Shown: positions 1 through 9,894, counted from the stretch's first letter. The stretch is DNA of 64,000 bases from an uncultured virus (IMG/VR IMGVR_UViG_3300042453_004632) (IMGVR_UViG_3300042453_004632); one strand, 5' to 3'. The notes: generated by a model not told the origin, from the sequence alone. Numbers and translations are program-made.

Positions 1-3000
1 ACTTCGGGCAGCAGCAGCACGTCGGTCAGCAGCAGCACGTCGGTCAGCAGCAGCACGTCGGTCAGCAGCAGCACGTCGGTCAGCAGCAGCACGTCGGTCA
101 GCAGCAGCACGTCGGTCAGCAGCAGCACTTCGGTCGGCAGCAGCACATCTGGCAGCGGTGGCGGCAGCAGTACTTCGGGCAGCAGTACTTCGGGCAGCAG
201 CAGCACATCAGGATCCAGCAGCACGTCGGTCAGCAGCAGCAGCGCATCTGGAAGCAGTAGCAGCTCTAGTCTCTCTTTTGATCCCAACAAACTGGTGTTG
301 GTGTACGACACGAGCAAGGAGCCTGTCAACAATACAATTTCTTTGCCGCTCGCTGGCACTGTGAACGTGTCGGTCGATTGGGGCGACGGAGCCATAAACA
401 ATTACACGACCTCCGGATTCAAGACCCATACTTACGCGTCTCCGGGCGTGTACGTGGTTCAGGTGAGTGGGTCCATGACAAGTTTGGACCACGGCACAGG
501 CGCCAGCACAACGAGTAATAAACGCAAGCTTGTCGGTTGCTTGTCCTTGGGCGCAATAGGCATAACAAACATGCAGCGTGCGTTCAGAGGGTGCGTGAAC
601 CTCGTTCAGGCTCCTGTTCTACTTCCGAATGGTGTTACTAATTGCCAAGAGATGTTCCGCGACTGCTCTTTGTTCAATGATTCGTTGGTCGCAGGTTGGA
701 ACATGTCTGCCGTAACAGACACGAACGGCATGTTTGTCAATTGCTCTTTGTTCAATGTTAATTTGTCTGTGTGGAATACGAGTTCCATCACAAACATGAC
801 CAACATGTTCTACAATTGCCCGTTGTTCTCGTCCGATTTGGCGGCATGGAACACTGGCTCTGTGGCGAACATGAGCAACATGTTCTACAACGCCGACTCC
901 TACAGCTCCAACATGGGATCATGGAACATCGCGGCTCTGAATGCCAACAACAGGTTGGACGGATTCATGGCCAACGCGACAGGATTGTCTGTTTCAAATT
1001 ATGACTCTACGCTCATTGGCTGGAATACAAATAAGAACCTCTATAGGAATGATCTGCGACCGAACTTCGGAGGCAGCACTTACACGTGCGGCGGTGAAGC
1101 GGCCGCAGCACGTGCTGCTTTGGTTGCTTATGGTTGGACCATAACTGATGGTGGCTGCGTGATACCGAGTTCCTCGAGCAGCAGTTCCTCGAGCAGCAGT
1201 TCCTCGAGCAGCAGTTCCTCGAGCAGCAGTTCCTCGAGCAGCAGTTCCTCGAGCAGCAGTTCCTCGAGCAGCAGTTCCTCGAGCAGCAGTTCCTCGAGCA
1301 GCAGCTCCTCGAGCAGCAGCTCCTCCGTCAATTTGAACAACTTGGTTCTCGTGTATGACACGAGCAAGGAGTCTGTCAACAACACAATTTCCGTACCGCT
1401 CGCGGGTACTGTAAATGTGACGGTGAATTGGGGTGACGGATCCACGGACAGTTACGACACCACTGGATTCAAGACTCACACCTATGCAATCCCTGGCGTG
1501 TACACAGTACAAATTGGCGGAACCATGACCAGTTTGGACCATGGAGTGGGAGCGAGCACGACAAACAATAAACTTAAACTTGTGGCGTGTCTGTCTTTCG
1601 GAGGGGTCGGCATAACCAGCCTTCAGAGAGCATTCAGGGGATGTGCCAACCTCGAGCAAGTGCCAGGAGACATAATCCCGGGCGTGGTGAACTGCTCCGA
1701 AATGATGCGAGATTGCTCTTCCTTGAATGATTCTGCCATTTCTAATTGGAATGTTTCCGATGTCACAAACATGAGTGGAATGTTCTTGAATTGCACGAAT
1801 TTCAATGTAGATTTGTCTTTGTGGAATACAATATTTGCAACGAACATGGGCAACATGTTCTACAACTGCACTTCGTTTGCCTCCGATCTATCGGCTTGGA
1901 CCACCGGATTCGTGACGAACATGAGCAACATGTTCGTCAACGCAGACTCCTACAGCTCAAACATGGGGATTTGGGACCTCCAAAGCCTAGATGCCAACAA
2001 CAGACTCGACGGCTTTATGGTCAATGCCTCCGGAATGACCACTTCCGATTACGACGCCACCTTGTCAGGATGGGACTCAAACAAATTGTTGTATCGCAAT
2101 GATTTGAGGCCAAATTTTGGTGGAAGCAAATACACCTGCGGTAGTGCGGCATCGGACGCTCGGGCGGCTTTGGTTGCCTATGGTTGGACAATAACCGACG
2201 GAGGGTGCTCAAACCCAACCAGCAGTTCCTCCAGCAGTTCAACCGGCGGCGGCGGCGGCGAAACCCCAGGTGGCAGTTCGTCATCGGCCGCGTTTAGCAG
2301 CAGTTCGTCGTCGGCCGCATTTAGCAGCAGTTCGTCGTCGGCCGCGTTTAGCAGCAGTTCGTCTTTTAGTTACAATGCCAGTAACCTCACGCTTGTATAC
2401 GACACCAGCAAGGAGCCAGCAAACAACACGGTTTCTGTGCCTTTGTCCGGAGCAGTCAATGTTACTATTAATTGGGGGGACGGAACTTCAGATAGTTACA
2501 TAACATCAGGATTCAAGACTCACACCTACTCAAATCCAGGTGTGTACGTGGTTCAGGTGAGTGGCTCAATGACCGCATTAGACCATGGCACGGGAACTAA
2601 TACTTCAAACAACAAGTCAAAGTTGATTGCGTGCTTGTCTTTTGGAAACATTAGTCTGACAAACATGGATCGGGCATTCAGGAGTTGTTCTAATCTACTT
2701 CAGGTTCCTTCTGCGCTGCCTGTCGGGGTCACTAATTGTTTGGAAATGTTCCGCGATTGTTCGCTGTTTAACGATTCATCTATTGCTTCGTGGAATGTGT
2801 CAAATGTAGATGACATGAGCGGAATGTTCTTGAATTGCACTTCTTTGAATGTAAATTTGGCTGCTTGGAACACTTCTTCTGTGACGAACACGGGACTCAT
2901 GTTCTACAATTGCCCGTTTTTCTCGTCTAATTTGGCTTCTTGGAACATGTCTGCCGTTACTACCATGACGCTCATGTTCTACAACGCTGATTCGTATAGT

Positions 3001-4335
3001 TCAAATATGGCATCATGGGGTCTTCAATCTCTAAATGTCAACTCGGCGTTGGATAATTTCATGCTATTCGCGACAGGATTGTCTGTTTCAAATTATGACT
3101 CTACGCTCATTGGCTGGAATACAAATAAGAACCTCTATAGGAATGATCTGCGACCGAACTTCGGAGGCAGCACTTACACGTGCGACGGTGCGGCGGCCAC
3201 GGCCCGCGCAGCTTTGGTTGCTTATGGTTGGACCATAACTGACGGAGGCTGCGTAGCGGCCAGTTCCTCAAGTTCTTCCGTAGTGACGGTTGGCAGTTCC
3301 AGTAGCTCTATTGACGGCGGCGGTGGCGGAAGCAGCAGCAGCAGCAGTTCATCTGTTGTGTCGGGTGTTTCAAGTAGCACGATCGGCGGAGGCGGAGGCG
3401 GAAGCGGAAGCGGAAGCAGCAGCAGTTCTTTTGCTTATAATCCCAACAATCTCACTCTTGTTTATGATACAAGCAAGGAACCATCTGACAATATTATTTC
3501 ACTGCCACTTGCCGAATCCGCCAATGTCACTGTTGATTGGGGCGATGGGCTAACCAACACCTATAACACCGCAGGATTCAAGACTCACACTTACGAAAAT
3601 TCAGGCGTTTACGTGGTGCAAGTCAGCGGATCAATGACTGGTTTGGATTACGGAACGGGAGCAAGTTCAACGGACAACAAACTCAAGCTCGTCCGCTGCT
3701 TGTCGTTCGGTAATGTAGGCATAAACAGCCTCCAGAGGGCATTTAGAGGTTGTTCCAACTTTATTCAGGCTCCGTCGTCACTTCCTGTCGGCGTTTTTGG
3801 AGGAGTCGCCAACTGCTCGGAGACGTTCAGAGATTGTCCACTTTTCGTTGGGTCCGAGGTCGGTTCCTGGGACACATCCACGATCACAGACACAAATGGC
3901 ATGTTTGCGAATTGCTCCGGTTTCAATGCCGATCTTTCTTCTTGGAGCGTCGCACTTGTTACGGATATGAGGAACATGTTCTACAACTGCCCGCTTTTCA
4001 ATTCTGATCTAAAATTCTGGAGCGTGGATTCGGTGGAGGTCATGAGCAACATGTTCTTCAACGCGGATGCGTACACGACCAACATGTACGCATGGAATCT
4101 GCAGGGACTCAATGCCAACAACAGCATTGATAATTTCATGACGTCGGCGACTGGTCTTTCAAATTCTGATTACGACGCCACTCTTATAGGGTGGGAAACG
4201 AATAAGTCACTTTTCCGGAGCGACCTGCGGCCTAATCTCGGCGGCAGCAAGTACACGCCGGGTGGCGCGGCCGCGGCGGCCCGGGCTGCCTTGGTCGCAC
4301 ACGGATGGACAATAACTGACGGAGGTACGGCATGA
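1..4335 (+). CDS. Large Ser-rich surface/virion protein with 4 modules of PKD-like domain + DUF285/BspA-type repeats (5' truncated)
   Basis: Frame 1 is open from base 1 (TSGSSSTSVSSSTSV...) into ORF 295..4335; four modules LxLVYDTSKEP...VDWGDG...KTHTY followed by WN/DxSxVTxMxxMFxxC repeats, ending YGWTITDGG, separated by poly-Ser/Gly linkers. Confidence 0.85.
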   Translation, partial: TSGSSSTSVSSSTSVSSSTSVSSSTSVSSSTSVSSSTSVSSSTSVGSSTSGSGGGSSTSGSSTSGSSSTSGSSSTSVSSSSASGSSSSSSLSFDPNKLVLVYDTSKEPVNNTISLPLAGTVNVSVDWGDGAINNYTTSGFKTHTYASPGVYVVQVSGSMTSLDHGTGASTTSNKRKLVGCLSLGAIGITNMQRAFRGCVNLVQAPVLLPNGVTNCQEMFRDCSLFNDSLVAGWNMSAVTDTNGMFVNCSLFNVNLSVWNTSSITNMTNMFYNCPLFSSDLAAWNTGSVANMSNMFYNADSYSSNMGSWNIAALNANNRLDGFMANATGLSVSNYDSTLIGWNTNKNLYRNDLRPNFGGSTYTCGGEAAAARAALVAYGWTITDGGCVIPSSSSSSSSSSSSSSSSSSSSSSSSSSSSSSSSSSSSSSSSSSSSSSSSSSSSSVNLNNLVLVYDTSKESVNNTISVPLAGTVNVTVNWGDGSTDSYDTTGFKTHTYAIPGVYTVQIGGTMTSLDHGVGASTTNNKLKLVACLSFGGVGITSLQRAFRGCANLEQVPGDIIPGVVNCSEMMRDCSSLNDSAISNWNVSDVTNMSGMFLNCTNFNVDLSLWNTIFATNMGNMFYNCTSFASDLSAWTTGFVTNMSNMFVNADSYSSNMGIWDLQSLDANNRLDGFMVNASGMTTSDYDATLSGWDSNKLLYRNDLRPNFGGSKYTCGSAASDARAALVAYGWTITDGGCSNPTSSSSSSSTGGGGGETPGGSSSSAAFSSSSSSAAFSSSSSSAAFSSSSSFSYNASNLTLVYDTSKEPANNTVSVPLSGAVNVTINWGDGTSDSYITSGFKTHTYSNPGVYVVQVSGSMTALDHGTGTNTSNNKSKLIACLSFGNISLTNMDRAFRSCSNLLQVPSALPVGVTNCLEMFRDCSLFNDSSIASWNVSNVDDMSGMFLNCTSLNVNLAAWNTSSVTNTGLMFYNCPFFSSNLASWNMSAVTTMTLMFYNADSYSSNMASWGLQSLNVNSALDNFMLFATGLSVSNYDSTLIGWNTNKNLYRNDLRPNFGGSTYTCDGAAATARAALVAYGWTITDGGCVAASSSSSSVVTVGSSSSSIDGGGGGSSSSSSSSVVSGVSSSTIGGGGGGSGSGSSSSSFAYNPNNLTLVYDTSKEPSDNIISLPLAESANVTVDWGDGLTNTYNTAGFKTHTYENSGVYVVQVSGSMTGLDYGTGASSTDNKLKLVRCLSFGNVGINSLQRAFRGCSNFIQAPSSLPVGVFGGVANCSETFRDCPLFVGSEVGSWDTSTITDTNGMFANCSGFNADLSSWSVALVTDMRNMFYNCPLFNSDLKFWSVDSVEVMSNMFFNADAYTTNMYAWNLQGLNANNSIDNFMTSATGLSNSDYDATLIGWETNKSLFRSDLRPNLGGSKYTPGGAAAAARAALVAHGWTITDGGTA
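10..135 (+). repeat. 18-bp tandem repeat AGCAGCAGCACGTCGGTC (SSSTSV), about 6-7 copies
   Basis: Direct reading of the sequence. Confidence 0.95.
1168..1326 (+). repeat. 15-bp tandem repeat AGTTCCTCGAGCAGC encoding a poly-Ser linker, about 10 copies
   Basis: Direct reading of the sequence. Confidence 0.95.
2272..2362 (+). repeat. 30-bp coding repeat x3 (SSSSSAAF-type units)
   Basis: agcagttcgtcgtcggccgcgtttagc units, translation SSSSSAAF repeated. Confidence 0.85.
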
Positions 4336-4541
4336 GCGAGATAGTAAACCCATCACAGGAAACGTACTGGATCATATCCAACGGCACATCGTACGCCACC
4401 GGCATAACCGGAGTGGGGCAGACCACGACGGTGGGAGCCGGATGGGATATATGGTGGACGGGAGTGGACCGGGCCCAGTATGAGTCCAAGTGCGCCGAGG
4501 TAGGACTCACCCCGGCTAATTCAATTCCGTCTCTGGATTGA
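4332..4541 (+). CDS. Hypothetical protein coupled to the surface protein gene
   Basis: ATGA overlap with upstream stop; GGAGG RBS. Confidence 0.7.
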   Translation: MSEIVNPSQETYWIISNGTSYATGITGVGQTTTVGAGWDIWWTGVDRAQYESKCAEVGLTPANSIPSLD

Positions 4542-4542
4542 C

Positions 4543-5235
4543 CTAAAGTTCCATATCGGATTCTTCCGGCATGTCGTTTTCTAGAGTGACATCCCAATAG
4601 AACCGGTCCAGCCAGTGCTTCCAAGTGTCCAGAATTTTTACTCTGTCCTTGATTACCGAGAATTCGGGCTTCACGGGGACCTTCAACAATCTCATCGGGC
4701 TGGGACCCTTCCATTTTCTGGCCTTCTGCTTGTCGTGCGGTCTGGAGGCCTCCTCAGGCCGCCTGTCGGCCTTTTGGCTGTTGCACTGGTAGCAAGCCAG
4801 TACGCAGTTTGTCCAACTGGTGTCCCCTCCTAGGGACCTAGGAACGATATGGTCCAGTGTGCACTCGTCGCTCGGGGGTTTGGTCCCGCAGTACTGGCAG
4901 GTGTAGGCGTCCCTCTTCCATATTGCCCTGCGGCAGAAGTTTACCTTTTGGATCGGCATGCTGTCGTATCTGGTGAGGAGCACCACCTCCGGAACCCTGT
5001 AGACGCTACTGGCGGATATAAGGGTGTCTTCCCCGTTCTCTGGCCTCATCCGGGACCAATCGCTCCAATTGTAGACCTCGTACGATCCCTTGGGGGGAGG
5101 AGTTATGATTCTGGCTCTGGGTTCGCCGTCTTCGTAGTGGGAAAAAAGCAACGAGACGGCCTTGGGAAGTCCGACGACCCCCACTGCACACCAGTTCCTG
5201 TTCAAGACCAGAACTCTTTTTGACGCGACGGCCAT
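4543..5235 (-). CDS. HNH endonuclease (McrA-like)
   Basis: VLVLN N-terminus; RDxYTCQYCG...TLDHIVPRSLGG...WTNCVLACYQCNSQK. Confidence 0.9.
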   Translation of the reverse strand: MAVASKRVLVLNRNWCAVGVVGLPKAVSLLFSHYEDGEPRARIITPPPKGSYEVYNWSDWSRMRPENGEDTLISASSVYRVPEVVLLTRYDSMPIQKVNFCRRAIWKRDAYTCQYCGTKPPSDECTLDHIVPRSLGGDTSWTNCVLACYQCNSQKADRRPEEASRPHDKQKARKWKGPSPMRLLKVPVKPEFSVIKDRVKILDTWKHWLDRFYWDVTLENDMPEESDMEL

Positions 5236-5243
5236 GATGATAT

Positions 5244-6344
5244 CTAGGAACCAGCCAGTTCTTTCTCCGCCGTCTTTAGTGCCATGCTGATCGTGTCGTC
5301 CATGTCCAAGTACTTATAACTGCCCAGCCTGCCTGATATTATGACGTTTTTTTCTTGTTCGGCAAGATCGCGGTATTTCCTGTACAGGGAGGTGTTTCGC
5401 TCGTCGTTGATCGGGTAGTAGGGGTCCTTGGTCTCCCTCCAATCCACAGAGTACTCCCTGCTGATTATTGTGTTCTCAAGATCGGGGTTCTCAAAGTGCT
5501 TGTGCTCCACGATCCTTGTCCACGGGGTCTCTAGGTCGGTGTAATTAACGCACGAGTGGCCCTGGAAGTCTCCCTTCAGCTCCTCGTGTTCCCATTTCAG
5601 GCTCCTGTACTCGAGTTCCCCGAAGTTGTGGTTGAAGTACTGGTCTATGCCTCCGCAGAACACGAGTCTGTCCGCGTAGTCTTGCCACTTGCCCCTAACC
5701 TCTTCAAAATCAACTCCCAGTTCAACCTTTATCCCATCAAGCATGTTCTCAACCATCCTTGTGTAGCCACCGATGGGGATGCCTTGGTAGGTGAGGTCGT
5801 GGAAGTAATCGTCGTTGAAGGTGTATCGCACCGGCAGCCTCTTTACGATGCTGGCCGACAGTTCCCTTGGATGCTTGTTCCACTGTTTGGTTGAGTAGCC
5901 TTCGATGAACGTCTCGTAGAGCGTCTTTCCTATCACCGACAGGCACCATTCCTCCATGTTCTTCGGGTTTTCGCAAGGAACCTTTTCTTCTTCCACCCTC
6001 TTCCTTGCCTCCTCGGGCGTCCTTACTCCCCACAATTGACTCATGGTCATGAGGTTGATAGGGAAACTGTACATCTTGCCTTTGAAGTTCACAATTCCCT
6101 TGTGACGGTAGTTATTGAATGACGCGAAGCGATTGACGTAATCCCAGACGTTTTTCTTGTCAGTATGCCAGCAATGGCAACCATAGGCGTGCACAGTTAC
6201 TCCATTGACATTCTTAGTGTAGACATTCCCGGCAATATGGTCTCTACGATCAATGACCATCACGCTTTTGTCCTTCTCCTTGGCTTGTTGGGCGAATGTT
6301 GCCCCAAAAATGCCCGCACCGATAACCAGATAATCATGTTTCAT
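5244..6344 (-). CDS. glf: UDP-galactopyranose mutase
   Basis: YLVIGAGIFG FAD motif, HIAGN, YGCH, YSTKQW, YQGIP..GYT, LEYRSL, TRIVEHKHF, PYYP, GRLGSYKYLDMD; start moved to MKHDYL. Confidence 0.95.
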   Translation of the reverse strand: MKHDYLVIGAGIFGATFAQQAKEKDKSVMVIDRRDHIAGNVYTKNVNGVTVHAYGCHCWHTDKKNVWDYVNRFASFNNYRHKGIVNFKGKMYSFPINLMTMSQLWGVRTPEEARKRVEEEKVPCENPKNMEEWCLSVIGKTLYETFIEGYSTKQWNKHPRELSASIVKRLPVRYTFNDDYFHDLTYQGIPIGGYTRMVENMLDGIKVELGVDFEEVRGKWQDYADRLVFCGGIDQYFNHNFGELEYRSLKWEHEELKGDFQGHSCVNYTDLETPWTRIVEHKHFENPDLENTIISREYSVDWRETKDPYYPINDERNTSLYRKYRDLAEQEKNVIISGRLGSYKYLDMDDTISMALKTAEKELAGS

Positions 6345-6355
6345 TTTTTGATTCC

Positions 6356-6469
6356 TTATACCTCTCTTGTTCTTCCCGTCATCTCCAAAAGCCTTTTTGC
6401 CACATCTTTTATCATCATGCTTTGACACATTGTCTCAAGTAAATGCACTTCTTCTTCGGTCCATTTCAT
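6356..6469 (-). CDS. Small Myb/HTH-like peptide or remnant (37 aa, MKWTEEEVHLL...GRT)
   Basis: Manual translation; overlaps the stop of the upstream GT; WTEEE...GRT pattern. Confidence 0.4.
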   Translation of the reverse strand: MKWTEEEVHLLETMCQSMMIKDVAKRLLEMTGRTREV

Positions 6470-7308
6470 ATTTCCTCCAGATTAAGATAATCCCACTGCG
6501 ACATTTTTTCCTTGAAATTATCCAGGGAGCGATCCTCTGACTGACCAAGGAAAAGATGATTAAACGGAGTTTGTGGGTCGTATTTCATGTGGTTTTTCCT
6601 CAACCAGTGCATCTGGTACTCATTTGTGTTATAGTGGTTAAACTTTATGATATTTCTTTCGGGCTGGTCCAGCATCGCACCTCGGCATCTCAATTCATGT
6701 ATATTGACGCCCTCCATCGTGCCTTTGGTTGACAGTATGCTCTTGGGGGCCCATCCCCGGGTTTCCATCTGAAACGTGTCGGTCAATTCCCACACGCGTT
6801 TTTGGTCAGACATTTTGGCCCCGAGTATGTGGGGCATTTTCTGTTGCGACATGCGGACTCCGCAGTATCCCTTTTCTTTCACTTCAACTTCCATGAATTC
6901 TTTGATGTTCATTTCTCCGCCCACACAAACGTACTCGTCCATGTCTATGAACGCTGTGTATTCGCTGTCGTCGTTTTGACAGTGGTTTGTCACCGCCTTG
7001 ATTTGCACTTCGTTCGTGTAGAGTTCGCTGGACCATGGGACGATCTCTACGTTGAATCGGCCGCATATTTTCATCACGGCGTTCTGAAGGTCCTCGTCGG
7101 TTGATTCCTGAGAAACCATGGGAAGTCCGTATTTGGTGGACGACGATCCATATGTTTTTCTGAATGCGGACTGAGCGTCGCCCGAAGAGCCCGTATTGTC
7201 GTACAATCTAAATTTGTCAAAGCCAAGCAGAGTGTGGTAGACCAGCCATTCTTCCATGTAGAAAATTGATTCCCTGGGCAAGAAAAGAGTCTGTATGCAG
7301 AGTGTCAA
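6466..7308 (-). CDS. Glycosyltransferase (GT92/GT2-like)
   Basis: EEWLVYH..LGFDKFRLYDN, AFIDMDEY DxD motif, PKSI, FNHY; probable TTG start at 7308. Confidence 0.8.
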   Translation of the reverse strand: MTLCIQTLFLPRESIFYMEEWLVYHTLLGFDKFRLYDNTGSSGDAQSAFRKTYGSSSTKYGLPMVSQESTDEDLQNAVMKICGRFNVEIVPWSSELYTNEVQIKAVTNHCQNDDSEYTAFIDMDEYVCVGGEMNIKEFMEVEVKEKGYCGVRMSQQKMPHILGAKMSDQKRVWELTDTFQMETRGWAPKSILSTKGTMEGVNIHELRCRGAMLDQPERNIIKFNHYNTNEYQMHWLRKNHMKYDPQTPFNHLFLGQSEDRSLDNFKEKMSQWDYLNLEEI

Positions 7309-7556
7309 AACGGTCCTTTCTGCACCCTCACCACCAAGTCCGTGGTGCCTTTTATTACCCTGTGCCACTCTCCGGCTGGTATGCGTATCTCTCCTTCAAT
7401 CGGCTGGGGCAGGTTGTTGTCTCTCTGGAACATCCAGTCGTTCTGGCCGACGGGAGTGACAATGCGTTCTTCCCTGTCCCGGTGCCACTGGAGCTCCTCG
7501 GTGCCCACGTCCCTTGAGAACGTCCTTATGTCGCCTTTTTCTTCGTATGGTCCCAT
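7305..7556 (-). CDS. Small cupin-like phage protein
   Basis: WHRDRE.R and IPAGEWHRVIKG motifs. Confidence 0.7.
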   Translation of the reverse strand: MGPYEEKGDIRTFSRDVGTEELQWHRDREERIVTPVGQNDWMFQRDNNLPQPIEGEIRIPAGEWHRVIKGTTDLVVRVQKGPF

Positions 7557-7585
7557 ATATACCTTTATCTATAGGAGTCTTTTTG

Positions 7586-8176
7586 ATGAATTTCAGGGAA
7601 TATGTTGACAAAACGGAGAGGATGCACGCCATTGGCTCTCCTGTGGTCAGCGAGGCCCTGCAATACCATCTGGATAGGGGTATAGGACTTCAAGACAACG
7701 TGTTTCGCATCTATAGCGAAGCTTGGTTTGCCCTTATAGATGAGGCTAGGAGGCTCTACGAGGCCGGGGAACTTGCCTTGGACGACGAAGACGCGGAGTT
7801 GGTGGAGTCCGACATGGGCCAGACCGCCGAGTACAACGGCCGTATGGTGCACTTAGACGCCCCCTTTCCGCTCAAGAGCAGACTGGACGAGGCGGAGTAC
7901 AAGGGCAAGAAAGTGAGCGTCGGAAAGCCGTTCAGGACTCCGGGGGAAGGCAAGAAGTTCGCAGTTTATGTGAAATCCCCGACCGGCAGGATCAAGAAGG
8001 TGAGGTTCGGCGACCCCAATCTGACCGTCAAGAACAACAATCCGGCAAGGGCCAAGAGTTTCAGGGCTCGGCACAAGTGCTCAGAGAAGAAAGACAGGAT
8101 GAAGGCGGGTTACTGGGCGTGCAGGATAGGCAGGTACGCCAAGGCCGTCGGACTCAAGAGCTCAAAAAGCTGGTGA
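7586..8176 (+). CDS. Conserved phage hypothetical protein with basic C-terminal domain
   Basis: AGGAG RBS; KKFAVYVK...KKVRFGDP...KSFRARHKC...AGYWAC. Confidence 0.75.
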   Translation: MNFREYVDKTERMHAIGSPVVSEALQYHLDRGIGLQDNVFRIYSEAWFALIDEARRLYEAGELALDDEDAELVESDMGQTAEYNGRMVHLDAPFPLKSRLDEAEYKGKKVSVGKPFRTPGEGKKFAVYVKSPTGRIKKVRFGDPNLTVKNNNPARAKSFRARHKCSEKKDRMKAGYWACRIGRYAKAVGLKSSKSW

Positions 8177-8209
8177 CCGCACTCTAATGATTCCGTAGAA
8201 AGGAATTTT

Positions 8210-9394
8210 ATGAGTGTGTTTGTTCATCTGGTGGGTTACGGCAATTCTGACGTCGTGCAGACCATACGAGACTGCATAGAGAATAGCGCCGACAAGAGCA
8301 ATCTTCATTTCGGCGTCTGCCTTCAGCAGGACGAGGATATACCCTCCGAAATAGTCCACCCCAGAATAAAGGTCCACAGGGTTCCCAGGCTTGAAAGTCG
8401 CGGACCCGGATGGGCCAGAAGCGTAGCTCAGGCTTTCTACGACGGCCAAGATTATCAGATGCAGATAAATTCTTGGTCCAGATTCGCCGAGGGCTGGGAC
8501 GAAAAATTGATCTCGGCTCTGGGTCAGACGGGTTCTTCAAAGCCTTTGATCACGAATTATCCCAACAAATACAATAAAAGCACCAATGAAAAGGAACAGC
8601 CCGACACAGCCTACAGGTCACAGATATACCAGATATTTAATGACACGCCGATGGCGTGGCCCGCTCCTATGAAGGGGATCGCCACGATCGTTCCGTCCAA
8701 ATGGATCAATGAAAATTTCTTCTTCAGTCGTGGATCGCACTGTGCGGACGTAAAGGCGGATCCGGAACTGTACTATTCCGAACTGGAGTCGTCCGTCACT
8801 GTGCGAAGTTTTTGTGCCGGTTACGACATGTTCAATCATTTTGTTCCGATTGTTTGGAAGAACTACGAACAAATACAGCGCAATTGGAACGAGGACCCAG
8901 AATGGTGGTTGAAGGACAACGCCAGCAAGAAGAGAATGGGAATGATTTTAGACGGAATCGTGGGGGGTGAGTTCGGTCTTTCTTCTTTTAGGTCTCTCCG
9001 TGATTTTGAACTTTATTCCGGAGTTGATCTCAAGAACAAAAGACTGCAGAAGTCCACGGTTTCCGGAGAGAATCCCCCTTGCAAATACGAGAATGAGGAA
9101 CAGTGGGAGGGAGAGTACTTGAAGGATCATGCGCTCATGGCAACATGGAACACCGACGAGATTGAAAGGTGTGACGACTACGACTATTGGTACTTCGCCG
9201 TGGAGGACGAGGCTGGCAATGCAATCAATCGGCAGGATTTGAGACAGGATTACGATGCAGATTTACTTCAATTCAAATCCAACTTCAAGAAAATATACTT
9301 CAAAGCCCCCAGTAATGCCGTTCCGAAGAGCATAGCGATTCAGCCCGTCAGCAAGAGCAAAGGGTGGCTGAAAAAGGTAAAATTTGATCTCTGA
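8210..9394 (+). CDS. GlcNAc-transferase (GT60 / Skp1-hydroxyproline GlcNAc transferase-like)
   Basis: SRGPGWARS.AQ.FYDGQDYQMQI..SRF..GWD..LI; RSLRDFELYSGVD. Confidence 0.75.
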   Translation: MSVFVHLVGYGNSDVVQTIRDCIENSADKSNLHFGVCLQQDEDIPSEIVHPRIKVHRVPRLESRGPGWARSVAQAFYDGQDYQMQINSWSRFAEGWDEKLISALGQTGSSKPLITNYPNKYNKSTNEKEQPDTAYRSQIYQIFNDTPMAWPAPMKGIATIVPSKWINENFFFSRGSHCADVKADPELYYSELESSVTVRSFCAGYDMFNHFVPIVWKNYEQIQRNWNEDPEWWLKDNASKKRMGMILDGIVGGEFGLSSFRSLRDFELYSGVDLKNKRLQKSTVSGENPPCKYENEEQWEGEYLKDHALMATWNTDEIERCDDYDYWYFAVEDEAGNAINRQDLRQDYDADLLQFKSNFKKIYFKAPSNAVPKSIAIQPVSKSKGWLKKVKFDL

Positions 9395-9409
9395 AAGGCT
9401 AAATAAGAC

Positions 9410-9661
9410 ATGTTAGAAAACACGATTTTGATTATAGTTCTGATTTCATTTGTGTTGTATGTTTGCTATATGATGTTTTCGGTTTCCTCAAAGGAGAAAT
9501 CGCCAGAACAAGAGAAGCCAGAACAAGAGCCTGTTTCTTCCCCAGATCCTGCACCCCCTGTGACCGAGCAGAAGGTTGCGGTGGCTAAGCCCGCGAAGAA
9601 GGCGGTCAAGAAAGCGGTCAAGAAGGCGAAGAAGAAGCCAAGGAACAGAAGAGAGTTCTAA
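9410..9661 (+). CDS. Small membrane protein with histone H1-like basic tail
   Basis: N-terminal TM segment; AKKAVKKAVKKAKKK tail. Confidence 0.65.
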   Translation: MLENTILIIVLISFVLYVCYMMFSVSSKEKSPEQEKPEQEPVSSPDPAPPVTEQKVAVAKPAKKAVKKAVKKAKKKPRNRREF

Positions 9662-9894
9662 AGTTCTTTGGCTGTTCTGTAGAGTTCGACGATTTGTTCT
9701 TTTTCTTCTTCTGACATCCCGGAGTTCTTTATCTCCATGATGTCCCACATGTCCTTGACCGACATTTTCTTGGACCTAGAGACTATGTCATTCGCCATCA
9801 CGTACATTTTGGCGGCTTCATCCATGGTCATTTCCATGCCCATCTCTGCCAGTGTGTTTCTGAAAAGAACTATTTTATTCACCGTCATTTTCAT
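9658..9894 (-). CDS. Hypothetical protein
   Basis: ORF with RBS-like upstream sequence, overlapping the neighbour. Confidence 0.6.
   Translation of the reverse strand: MKMTVNKIVLFRNTLAEMGMEMTMDEAAKMYVMANDIVSRSKKMSVKDMWDIMEIKNSGMSEEEKEQIVELYRTAKEL

Noticed and set aside
1..1330. Tandem repeats as a CRISPR array
   Set aside because: No unique spacers; the units are in-frame Ser-rich codon repeats and no cas genes are present
994..1659. Minus-strand ORFs with ARGTA or LLEEL repeats
   Set aside because: They are shadows of the poly-Ser repeat on the plus strand
975..3184. Duplicated patch as a DGR template/variable repeat pair
   Set aside because: The copies are identical rather than differing at adenines, and no reverse transcriptase is in the window
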